Below the pieces are notes generated by a model, which worked only from the letters and a program-made list of their open reading frames with translations, was not told where the DNA came from and did no database searches. A stretch of DNA of 64,000 bases from Octopus bimaculoides (Eukaryota), in assembly GCF_001194135.2 (NCBI RefSeq), contig NC_068981.1, positions 136,519,281 to 136,583,280 of the forward strand, read 5' to 3'. Positions 52,050 to 64,000 of this stretch are shown one piece after another. The position numbers were made by a program, and so were the translations under genes. How positions within the stretch are numbered: the first letter of the stretch is position 1; the number at the start of each line of letters is the position of its first letter.

Positions 52050-52420
52050 TATATGCACAGGCGGCACTGGCAACAACCAGGCTCGAATGGTGCTTTTTAT
52101 GCGCCACCAGCATGGGAGCCAGTCAGGCAATATGAGTGTGATTGTTGCCAGTGCCACCCGACTGGCTCCCGTGCTGGTGGCACATAAAAAGCACCATTCA
52201 AGCATGGTCGATGCCAGTGCCATTTGACTGGCTCCCTGTGGTAGCACGTAAAAAGCACCCACTACACTCTCGGAATGGTTGGCATTAGGAAGGGCATCCA
52301 ACAGTAGAAACCTTGCCAGATCAGACTGGAATCTGGTGCAATCTCCTGGCTTGCCAGTCCTCAGTCAAACCATCCAACCTATGCCAGCATGGAAAGCAGA
52401 CATTAAACGATGATGATACA
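52050..52420 (+). mobile_element. Family-C repeat with about three ~60-nt subunits
   Basis: Repeated GCCAGTGCC..GACTGGCTCC..GGTGGCACATAAAAAGCACC, then core and tail. Confidence 0.85.
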
Positions 52421-52645
52421 CACACAACTTTATTGTTATCCATCTCTGAAATTTCACTTACGAAGCACTGGTTAACATGAGACTACAGTATGGGCATTCT
52501 CAAGGTGGCAAGTGAACAGAATTATTAGTGTATCAAACAAATTGCTTTGCAGCATTTCCTCCAGATCTGTATGCTATGAGTTCAAATCCTGTTGAGGTCA
52601 ACCTTGCTTTTCACCCTTTCAGGGTCAATAAAATAAAGTAGAAAT

Positions 52646-53188
52646 CAATGGCGGTATGGTGGTGGTGGTGGTGAAAGTGTTGGTGGTATTGATGGTTGTG
52701 GTGATTGCTATCGTGATGATGATAATGACTTGATGCTGGTGGGGATGGATGATGACGACGATGATGATGATGATGGTGGGGATGATGATGATGGTGGTGG
52801 TGGTGGGGATAGTGATGATGATGACGATGTTGATGACAGTGGGGAATGGTAATGATGATGATGCACAATGAGATTGAACCTGACACCTTGTGTGCTCAGA
52901 AGCCAATTTCTTCTCCCAGACTGCTATCTTTGCTCAAATTATACACAAACTTTTTTTTTACCCTACTTCTTTTTGTTTTTTTTCTTTTTTTTAATTTCTT
53001 AATAGATAAAAATGCAATACAGGGAGTCAGTTCAATAATCTGCTGTTATTGGTGACCAAAGATTAAGTGGAGAGTAAGTAGACAGGGAGAGAGAGGGAGG
53101 GAAAGCGAAAGAGGAAGAGAAACAGAGAGAGAGAGAGGGGGGAGAAAAAGAGAGGAAGAAAAGAGAGATAGTGAGGGAGGTAAACTAA

Positions 53189-53227
<39 letters not shown>

Positions 53228-54075
53228 GAGGGTAGCAATGGACTGTAGTGAGGAGGAGGGAGAGGAAGAGGAGATAGCAGTGGATTAACAGATTAGAGCT
53301 GATAAGAAAGAAGATCTTACAATAACCATTTGGCATGTTACTGGGGAAGATAAGCAGACTGACAGTTAATTAGTGATAGGGTGATAGTTGTGGTGTTGGT
53401 GGTGGTGTTGGTGGTGGTGTTGGTGGTGCTGGTGACAGTAATGATGACGGTGATGGAGATAGTGGTGATGGGGTGAGATTAGTGGTGGTAGTAGTTCTGG
53501 TGGTAATGTAGAAGCGTTAGCCTTGTCTGCAGTGGGTGTGATAGTGAGGATGATGATGTAGTGATGGTGGTGGCAGCGGTGTACAGTGGTGGTGACAGTG
53601 TATGATGGTGGCAGCAGTGGTGTATGGTGGTTGTGGCACTGTGTTATAGTGGTGTATGGTGGTGGTAGCAGTAGTGGTGATAGCGGTATGGTGGTAGCAG
53701 TAGTGCAAAAGTGGTGATAGTGCTAATGACAGTATTGGTGGTGATGATAATGGTGATGACAGTGGTTTATGGTGGTAGTGGCAGTGGGAGTGCTGAAGGT
53801 AGTGGGTGTAGAGGTAGTGGTGGTGATGGTGATAGTATGATAATAATGATGGTGTTGGTGGTGATGGTAGTAATGACAGCACTGTTGATGAAGCTGATGG
53901 TAATGTTGTTGTTGTTGTTGTTCCTAGTGTCGGTAGTGTTGGTTTTCATGGTATCAGCTATGTTGGAGTTGTAGTGGTGGTAGTAGTGTTGGTAGTAATG
54001 GTTGTAGCAGTTCTTGTTGGCAGCAGTGAGCAGATGCGAAAATATTGGTGATGCAAAAGGTGGTAGTGGTGATTA
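52646..54075 (+). repeat. Cryptic low-complexity tract: (GGT/GAT)n with a GA-rich segment at about 53080-53290
   Basis: Visible composition, strongly C-poor on the plus strand. Confidence 0.9.
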
Positions 54076-54199
54076 TTGATTAACCCTAGGTCAGACCTGA
54101 TTGAGTAAATCTGTGGATTAAAGACATTCCAGTCATTACTATACCAGACAAGTTCTTGTAACACAGCATTGTGTAATAAGAGGGAGGTTAGGTCACTAT

Positions 54200-54705
54200 T
54201 TCTAGCAGTCCAGGTGACCAGGTAGAGACACCTCAGATTGGCAGAATTGGTCATTCAGTGGTGCAATCGGTTTCCTCCATTGGACACTAAACTCTGCTTG
54301 CGAAGACCTGTTGGGGCAAGCAAAAGCGAAATCGTGATGGCACCACCATTCGAGCGAGATTGTTACTAGCGTCACCTTCCTGGCACATGAAAAGTCATTC
54401 GAGCGAGATCGTTGCCAGTGCCGCTGGACTGGCTCCTGTGCAGGTGGCACGTAAAATACACCATTTTGAGCGTGGCCGTTGCAAGTACCGCCTGACTGGC
54501 CTTTGTGCCAGTGGCACGTAAAAGCACCCACTACACTCTCTGAGTGGTTGGCGTTAGGAACGGCATCCAGCTGTAGAAACTCTGCCAGATCAGATTGGAG
54601 CCTGGTGTAGTCAACTGGTTCACCAGTCCTCAGTCAAATCGTCCAACCCATGCTAGCATGGAAAGCAGACGTTAAACAATGATGATGATGATGATGATGA
54701 TGACT
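54200..54705 (+). mobile_element. Long family-C copy
   Basis: 5-prime extension, subunits, core and (GAT)n tail. Confidence 0.85.
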
Positions 54706-54819
54706 GATTCAGCAGTTATCCTTATTTTATATTCTGGTGATGAACAACAATATCATGAACATTTGTTATCGATGGAGTTGCTGTTCTGATCAGCAAAATA
54801 TTGAAGAAATAAAGAGGGG

Positions 54820-55190
54820 TGGGCATGGCTGTGTGGTAAGAAGTTTGCTTCCCAACCACATAGTTGTGGGTTCAGTCCCATTGTGTGGCACCTTGAGCAT
54901 GTGTCTTCGATTATAACCTCTGGCCAACTAAAGCTTTGCAAAGAGATTTGGTAAACAGAAACTGAAAGAAGCCCATGTGTGTATGCATGTGTGTGTGTGT
55001 TTATGATTATTCCCCACCATGACTTAGCAACTGGCATTGGTTTGTTTATGTCCCTGTAACTTAGAGGTTTGGCAAAAGAGATGGATAGAATAGGTACCTG
55101 GCCTTAAAAAAAAAGTTCTACTAAAAACTCATCCGGTGATGCTCCAGCATGGCTACAGTCTAATGACTGAACCAAGTAAAAGATAAAAGT
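54820..55190 (+). mobile_element. Family-B SINE (older)
   Basis: Both modules present, diverged. Confidence 0.8.
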
Positions 55191-57983
55191 CTAAGAATCA
55201 AAAAAAAAAAATAATAAATGAAAATAATAGATGGAATCGTCCAGATTTTGTTATTGACATAAACTTTACTAATGAGTCAAACACTTAGATCTACGCATTT
55301 CGATTTCATTTTTTTCTCTCAAGAGGTCTTTCTAATTATTGACTAACTTCTTGTGCTATTAGCTGTGATACGGTAAGATGTTATTTTTATTCAAATACAT
55401 GATATATGATTTGGCTACAGAATACTGATAAGTTTGATTGAGAGGTTGCTGAAGTTTGTTGGAGTTGGATACCGTTTTTATCTGGATGAGAAAAACATAT
55501 TCTAAATATAAATAAATTACAAATCAGTGAAGACATATGTATATATATATGTGTGTGTGTATATATATATATATATATAAATATTGATTGATTGATTATC
55601 AATTATATTTGAGAGTATAATTGGCTGTTGAAAGATAGACCTAGTTGAATTGATAGACTGCTGATGGCTTAACAGCCAAAGCCTCAAGGATTTTTTTTTA
55701 TATCATTACAGATACTGTGTTTCATACATGAGAAAGGGAGAGGTCATTTAACCCTCTCAATAGCTTAACTGAGCCAGTTAAGTTATCATGGAATAATGTA
55801 GTTCACTGTTATAAACAGTGGAAGCATTGTGCTATCAACATTACTATTTAACCAGGGGCGTATATTCCAGGTGTGTTATGCGTGTACTGAACACCCATCG
55901 AAAATGGCAAATTCGTTATAAATATTAACCTTACTCATTAAATTTAATCACAAATCATAATGGAAAACATTTGTTATACTTCTGCTTGAAATATGGTGGT
56001 GGGTGTCCTGAAATAACACTGCACACCTCACAGTGTATTGTATCATTATATTGTACTGGGCATATTGTAGGATAGTGGGAGAATGGTAAAAAATTAATGG
56101 CAAAGGGTGCGCAACAGCTTTGACAGCACAGTCGCATGTTCGTTTGCATGGTGAGAAGTTGTACATTTAAATTAATTTAAAATTCTTAAACTAAAACTAA
56201 TTTTTTTTACAATAATCTTTCTCTTACAATATCATCATATAACTTTGATATTAGTTTGTTTTCAAAGCTAATAATACACTGCTTTTTGAATAGAAATACA
56301 CGGTTTGTATGCTTAATTTGAGTAATACTAATGTTAGTTATAGAATGGTCAGTGCGGCAGCAAACCCAATGACGACAACCACCATACACCACTGTATTTA
56401 ACATCCTTGGTCCATGCTGGCAGGAGTTGGACAGAAGAAGGGGAACTAGAGGACTGTGTTTAGCATGGTTTCTTGAGTTGGATGCCCTTCCTAATGTCAA
56501 CCATTTCAAAGAATGTACTGGATACTTTTTAATGTGGCACCCATTGAAACATATCAATTTATAATAATTAATTCAAATTTTCTTTTCCTCTCTGTCTGCA
56601 AAACTTACAGTGGGACTAGCATGGTGTTCCAATCCTAAAGGAGGGACCTCCTCTCCTGTGCCTTCATTAACAGTGATGTGGTAGCTTGATACTTCTTAAC
56701 TACAGTGTAATATTTAGAGCAACCAATCCTATATCCCAATATCCCATCCCCAAAATAACAAACAAACAGACAAAAAACTGTTGGTTGTATATAATGACTG
56801 AATCACCCCAACACTATTATTTACCAAGCAAAACTGTCAACCAGCTTCAGTAGAAACCTAATCAGGTATAAACTCATTCAAGTGTACTGTTGAATTAGGA
56901 CAGAAGGAAGGAGGAAGATATAAAGAATGGTTGTTATGTGGCCTCAAGATAACTTCAATCAGGCCATTGGCATGCAGGTAATCAGCTGGCAACTGGGTGT
57001 GGCCCTCAAATCTATTCAACATATGTTGTGCCTTCACTAAAATAAGGGCCATACTATAGAGTCCAACATACAGAGTTCTGCCTGTGTTCAGTTCCGTTGT
57101 GTGGCACCATGAGCATGTGTCTTTGACTATAACCTCCGACCAACTAAAGCTTTTTTATCTTTCACTTGTTTCAGTCACTGGATTGTGGCCACTTTGAAGG
57201 GTTTTGTTAGTTGATTAAATCAAGTCCAGCACTTATTTTTTTAAAGTATGGTGCTTATTCTATTAGGCCCTTTTCGTGAAATGCTAAGTTACAAGGACAT
57301 AAACAACCCAACATTGATTATCACGTATGCTCCTCGGTGTCACGCAAATGGCACCTGTGCCAGTGACATGTAAAAGCACCCATTACACTCTCTGAGTGGT
57401 TGGCGTTAGGAAGTGCATCCAGCTGTAAAAAAACCATGCCAAATCAGACTGGAACCTGGCGCAGCCTTCCTGCATGCCAGCCCACTCAAACTGTCCAACC
57501 CATGCCAGCATGGACAATGAACGTTAAGCAATGATGATGATGATGATGATTGACATTCTGATGGCCAATATGGACTTAGCCAAAGCACAACAGTTACCTT
57601 GTTTCTATGAACTGACTGTGGTGTTGTAAATTGTAGAAAAATATTTAAGGACCATTGATTAAGTTCATTAGCCCCAAGGATTGTATTGTGATTCACAGCT
57701 ATTTCTGTGTACATATGTTTTTTTTTTTAAATCTTTTATATCATTTCTGAACTGTGTGCCTATAATAGAAAGGATTATCATTATTATTATTATAAAGGCT
57801 GCAAGCTGGCAGAATCACTTGCATGCTGGACGAGATGCTTACCAGTATTTCACCCGTCACTACATTCTCAGTTCAAATTCTGCTGAGGTCGACTTTGCCT
57901 TTCAGAGTCGATAAATTAAGTATAATGTAATCGATTAGTCCCACCTGCTCCAAATTTCAGGACTTGTACCTTTAGTAGAAAGG

Positions 57984-58031
<48 letters not shown>

Positions 58032-59461
58032 ACAATAACATCTATTTTCCATGCTGGCATGGGTTGAATTGTTGGGCAGAATACAAGCCACAGGGCTGTA
58101 TCAAGCTCCAATGTTAGCTTTGGTATGTTTTCTACAGCTGGATGCCCTTCCTTACTGGTTACTGAATTTGACTTGCAATGCATTAGTCAAACCATCATTA
58201 CAGTAGTTAAGTACCACACAGTGGAATCGAACCTAAAACCTTTTGGTTGCAAAGTTAACTTCTTAACTATATAACCATTTGTTTTTGAGTTGAACATTAC
58301 AATAGATGCTTTACACTCTATTTAGAGTCAAGCTTATTTCTGACTTCAAATCACACCAGTATCGATAATTAGAAAAAAAAAAAAAAAAATCTTCAGGATT
58401 AATAAAATAAACAACAGCAGCAATGATATATATATAACTGGTAATATTTTGGGATTGGTTTAGTCAATTACGATCCTTTTCATTAACATGAAGTCTCATA
58501 CCTAATTAAATGAAATCAATATCATACCACATTTCAGTTATTAATCTGTTCAGTTACTGTTTATATATATACATATATATATATTTGTATATACATACTT
58601 TGTATTTCAATTACATAGTTCAGTTTACAGGATAGCATAACAGAATATTTAGAAGCTGAAACCTTTTTTTCTAATTATATTGTTGCTCGTTATTACCTCA
58701 AATGTCTATTCTAATTTATCACAAATAAACAATAACAACTATGATAACAACAACAACAACAGCAATAGCAACAACAACAGCAGCATCAACAACATTAATA
58801 GTAAATCTGTTAATCTTTTTTCCTTCTCACCAATATCTACTAAGCTGAAATTAATGATATGGTTGATTGGAGCAAATCCTATTTGAAAAGCAATAGAAAA
58901 TATCAAGATTTATTTACTCACTAATTATGGATGCAGTTCTTCACTAACGCACAATTACAAACACCAATTTAAATCGTTCGTCTAAGATTATAATTATCCA
59001 ACAATTATTTGACTGGAAAATAAGTAAACCATCAACACATTTCTTTTTTCTTTTTGTCTTGAATATGTAAAGAATAAGTGTTAGAATACTGCTCCACCAC
59101 TGCTGCTGTTGACATCATTGGTTTAACATCCTCTTTTCTATGCTTGCATGGGTTAGGTGATATTCACTGAGGCAATTTTTCTATAACCAACTATGACCAA
59201 ATGCCTTTCATGCAGTCAACCCTTACGTGTTTCCAAAAAGGGTAATATTTCCTTATGTCTGGCCATGTTTCCATGGAAGATTGGAAATAAATGACACTGC
59301 TTGTATAACAATGATATTTGTTTACGATTTTCAGATGTTTACAAGACAAGGAGGTACAAACATATGCGCATATATACATATATGTATATACTAATAACAT
59401 CTAAATTCTTTCAACTGTTCAGCTGTGTTGTATAAGCAGGACAGAATAATGTACATACATA

Positions 59462-59830
59462 TACATCATCATCATTTAATGTCCACTCTCCATGCTTGCA
59501 TGGGTTGGACAGTTTGACCAAGGCTGGTAAGCTGGAAGGCTGCACCAGACTCCAGTCTGATTTGGCATGGTTTTCTATGGCAGGATGCCCTTCCTAATGC
59601 CAGCCACTCTGAGAGTGTAATGGGTGCTTTTACATGCTATCAGCATGGGTACCATTTGTGTGACACTGGTATCTACCATGACTGATTTTGCTCAGCTTGA
59701 TGGGTCTTCTTCTCAGGCACGATATAATGCCAAAGGTCTTGGTCATTGACTCTGTGAGGTCCAACACTTGAAAGGAACTCAACCACTTTGCTTCCGTGAG
59801 GATAGGAACTCGGCCACTTTGCCTCCTTGA
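59462..59830 (-). mobile_element. RTE ORF2 end plus family-C 3-prime region
   Basis: Frameshifted remnant LDLTESMT..QDLWHYIVPEKKT lies directly before the family-C core and GAT tail. Confidence 0.75.
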
Positions 59831-59853
59831 GGCCCAATGCTCGTAAGGAACAA

Positions 59854-59894
<41 letters not shown>

Positions 59895-59904
59895 TCTTTT
59901 ATGC

Positions 59905-60100
59905 TTTTACTTGTTTCAGTCATTTGACCGGGACCAAGCTGGAGCACTGCCTTTTATTCAAAGAAATCGATCACAGGACTTATTCTTTGTAAGCCTGGTA
60001 CTTATTCTATTGATCTCTTTTGCTGAACTGCTAAGTTATGGGAATGTAAACACACCAGCGTCATTTGTAAAATGATGGTGTTGGGGTGACAAACACAGAC

Positions 60101-60134
<34 letters not shown>

Positions 60135-60318
60135 AACAGGCTTCTTTCAGTTCCCATCAACCAAATTCATTCACAAGGCCCAAATCCATTCACAAATTCA
60201 TTCTGGTCGGCCGGAGGCTATAGTAGACGTCTCTTGCAAAAGGTGTCATGCAGTGGGACTGAACCTAGAACCTGTGGTTGGGAAGCAAGCTTCTTACTAC
60301 ACAGCCACTCCTGCGCCT
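59905..60318 (-). mobile_element. Family-B SINE
   Basis: Reverse complement of the full unit. Confidence 0.85.
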
Positions 60319-60977
60319 ATATATATCATCATCATCATCATCATTTAGCGTCTGCTTTCCCTGCTGATATGGGTTAGACGGCATGACTGGAACCGGTAAG
60401 CCGGAGAGCTGCATCAAGTTCCAGCCTGATTAGACGTGGTTTCTACGGCTTTTCCTAATGCCAACCACTCCAAGAGTGTAATGGATGTTTTTTATGTGTC
60501 ACCTGCATGAGTACGTAAAAAGCACTCATCACACTCATATATGGCAGGTTTCTTTCAGTTTCTATCTCACTTTACAAAGTCAATAACAAAGTACCAGTCT
60601 AAGTACATGGGTGGACTGTATTGACTAAATCCTCCCTTAAGAATTCCTGGATTTGTGCCTAAACCAGAAACCGTTATTCTGTCGGTGAGACAAATTTTTA
60701 CAAGCCATTCCAGAGTAACGAAGAGTCTGAAAGAGGGACAAATTTGTTGAGTGTGTGTGTGTGTGTGTTGGGTGTATATCTTAACTACATCCACTCGTAA
60801 ATGATTCCCATGGATATGCAGTTCAGTATTGTCTGCAGCCAGAGACAAGCCAATAGAGAAATAGTAAAATGTCTCAAGTTTTATTGCAATTAATTGTTTG
60901 TTCATGCTTGCCAAATGCTACAAATGAAGTAACGAAATACAATGAAAATGATGCTGCATTGATTGGTATGCAACACA

Positions 60978-61006
60978 ATAATAATAACAACAACAACAAC
61001 AACAAC

Positions 61007-61061
<55 letters not shown>

Positions 61062-61062
61062 T
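60978..61062. repeat. (AAT)/(AAC)n microsatellite
   Basis: Direct inspection. It is the source of the poly-Asn ORF. Confidence 0.95.
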
Positions 61063-61149
61063 TGTAATAAATAATTGGCTTTTGTTTTTAAACTTTCAAT
61101 AGTTGTATACTTTGCAAGTTGTGGAATACATGTTTATTTCTCCTTTACA

Positions 61150-61352
61150 CTTTTACTTGTTGCAGTCGTTTTTGACCGTGGCCATGCTGGAGCACCACCT
61201 TTTAGTCGAAGAAATTAACCCCTGGACTTATTCTTTGTAAGCCTGGTACTTGTTCTATTGGTTTCTTTTGCTGAACTGCTAAGTTACGGGGACATAAACA
61301 CACCAAGATCGGTTGTCAAGCAATGGTGGAGAGACAAAGACAGATACAAACA

Positions 61353-61390
<38 letters not shown>

Positions 61391-61565
61391 CACACACATA
61401 TACACACAACAGGCTTCTTTCAGTTTCTGTCTACCAAATCCACTCACAAGGCTTTGGTTGGCCTGAGGCTATAGTAAAAGACACTTGCTGCAGGTGCCAT
61501 GCAGTGGAACTGAACCTGGGACCATGTGGTCGAGAAGCAAGCTTCTTACTACACAGCCACACCTG
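61150..61565 (-). mobile_element. Family-B SINE with internal (CA)n
   Basis: Reverse complement of the full unit. Confidence 0.88.
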
Positions 61566-61886
61566 AGCCTTTGTTAATGATTTACTCAAATTAGTGGGAG
61601 CAACACCTGTGATCCTTTTTAAGGCTTCAATGACCAGAGATTTGGTATGAATGCTTGAAGTAGAGTGAACTCTGTTGAAGGCACCCACAAACCAGCTGGG
61701 GGTCTTAAAACTAGCAATAGAAAATATAATGAAATAAACCAATGAACTGAAGTGTAGCATTCATCATCACCGTGATTCCCAGCTATCTTCCACATTCATT
61801 AAGGATATAATGCAATTAATGTAATAATGTGATATAGTCGTTACTGTAATAACATTGATTATTATCAGCAGCAGTAGCAGCATCAT

Positions 61887-62535
61887 TTAACTCTCTAGCA
61901 TTTAAACCGACCATATCCAGCCAAAATTGTCTACTTGTTTTATGCTCAAACTGGCCAGATGTGACCTCTCACACCTACTCTATAATGTCATTCTAAAAAT
62001 AAGCAATCACATCATAAAATTTCAAGTTAATGCAGGATAAATTCAAAACAATGTGAATAAATAAGCATTTATAGGCATAGGAGTGGCTGTGTGGTAAGTA
62101 GCTTGCTTACCAACCACATGGTTCTGGGTTCAGTCCCACTGTGTGGCACCTTGGGCAAGTGTCTTCTACTATAGCCTCAGGTCGACCAAAGCCTTGTGAG
62201 TGGATTTGGTAGACAGAAACTGAAAGAAGCCCGTCGTATATATGTATATATATGTGTGTGTATGTGTGTGTGTGTGTGTGTATGTTTGTGTGTCTGTGTT
62301 TGTCCCCCCCAACAACGCTGGACAACCGATGCTGGTATGTTTACATCCCCGTAACTTAGCGGTTCAGCAAAAGAGATCGATAGAATAAGTACTAGGCTTA
62401 CAAAGAATAAGTCCTGGGGTCGACTTGCTCGACTAAAGGCGGTGCTCCAGCATGGCCACGGTCAAATGACTGAAACAAGTAAAAGAGTAAAAGAGTATTA
62501 CGTTTGACAGAATAATCTGAATGCTGAAGGGTTAA
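61887..62535 (+). mobile_element. piggyBac-like MITE interrupted by a young family-B SINE (62072-62499)
   Basis: TTAA ends. The MITE body matches 3305-3528 on both sides of the SINE. Confidence 0.82.
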
Positions 62536-62705
62536 TGTCTGTGTTTCGATTGCTTGCATGGATCAGATGGAATTGGTTGAGGCAGATTTTCTATGACTGT
62601 AAGTCCTTCCTGTCACAAACCCTCACCTATTTCCCGGTAAAGTAATATTTTTCCATGGCTACACATGGTTTTCATGAAGGACAGGAAATGAATAACCTCA
62701 TTCAT

Positions 62706-62738
<33 letters not shown>

Positions 62739-63075
62739 GTGATGTTGATGATGATGATGATGCTCATTTATAACCGTCACATGATGTCAAGATAAGAGTA
62801 CATATGTATGTATACAACAGGCAAAAAAAGAAAAAAAGATACACAGGACAATATTGCCCTCAATATGCCAAAATACAGGAAAATCATGTTATCCTTGATT
62901 TCAGTCTGCTCAATCCAGCAGGAATGGCCTGGGGTTGAATAACAATAACACTTGTTTGTTTGTTACCAGGTTAAATTTTCTTAAGCATCTTCCAATTCCA
63001 TAAGGAGAAGCTCACAATCTAAGAGATATTTTGTAACTTGATGGATCCTCAGTTACCATTGGTCTCTGGCTATTG

Positions 63076-63415
63076 TAGTGGTTCTCAACTGAAGTTCATA
63101 TGGCCCCTGAGGGTCCGTATAAGATTTTTGGGGTTCCATGCAATAAAATTGTAAATTGGGGATCCACAATAGTATTTTAAAGGGACCTGAAAACATTTAG
63201 CTTCAGATGTATGTATTGCAAGAAACAACTGGGTTTCTTTCTCTAGCATTTTACGTAGTTCAACCTACACAAGGGAATGTGTGAAAAACAAAATAGGAAT
63301 TTTGAAAGACGTTTCTATATAACTAGTTTTGAAACATCAAAATGCCTATGGGGGTCCACCAGAATAAAATAGTAATCAAAGGGACCTGTAGGTAAAAAAT
63401 GGTTGAGAACCCCTG
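63076..63415. mobile_element. hAT-type MITE
   Basis: Ends TAGTGGTTCTCAAC and GTTGAGAACCCCTG. No clean TSD. Confidence 0.7.
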
Positions 63416-64000
63416 GTATTGCAATGTTTATAGTTTCATTAAGTCTAACATTGCATCTTACTAAATCATCATCAGCAACATAAGAAATTAATATTTTTTC
63501 ACAAAGCTGCTCCAGCATGATAAAAATCTGTATCTTGAAATTTATGATTTATGACTGATGCTATATTTGAGTTTCCTTAAAGCATGACCAATCAGACTTA
63601 ATCTTTTTTCAGCATAAAATGCCATCAGCTGAGAGAGGCTATTCTCTTACAAAATTATTCATCCATTATTTTCTCATGTAAAAAAATAAATAAATAAACT
63701 CCAGTTGTGATCCATGAAAGAGAATTATGTTAAGTGTTTATCTCATCTCTTCTGCTGGTGTTTCTATTATTGTCCAGATCTTGTTACTATAGAACAGAAC
63801 TGCTTCAATGAATGATTCAGAAAGTTAACACAGGAGCAGGCATGGCTGTTTGGTAAAGAGGTTTGTCTTACAACCATTTGGTTTCAGGTTCAGTCCTACT
63901 GCACAGCACCTTGGGCAAGTGTCTTCTGTTATGGCACAAGGCCCACCAATGCCTTGCGAAGGATTTTAGTCGACAGATCCTGAAAGAAGTCGGTCATATA

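Noticed and set aside
52611-53974. His/Thr/Val-rich ORFs
   Set aside because: These are translations of GGT/GAT low-complexity DNA with no splice or domain support.
56858-57052. Protein-like ORF MALILVKAQHML...
   Set aside because: No convincing donor and no recognisable homology.

Overview
Repeat-rich, AT-rich eukaryotic DNA with several N gaps. The SINE repertoire and microsatellite load point to an octopus or related coleoid cephalopod (inference). The one well-supported gene is a minus-strand GRASP/tamalin-CYTIP-family PDZ scaffold gene. Two consecutive exons (6130-5987, 4260-4158) encode the first two-thirds of the PDZ domain, and the rest probably lies left of base 1. Three candidate alternative first coding exons (11617-11561, 41065-40976, 50242-50102) all end in phase 0 and could each splice in frame to exon 6130, so most of the window is probably its 5-prime introns. 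These introns hold at least four tRNA-derived SINE families, RTE and R4/Dong-like LINE remnants, and mariner, hAT, piggyBac-like and Merlin-like DNA elements. They also hold Penelope-like hairpins with hammerhead-like cores and many microsatellites. Most ORFs in the supplied track are microsatellite, gap or repeat artefacts. All alignments and family assignments were made by eye.
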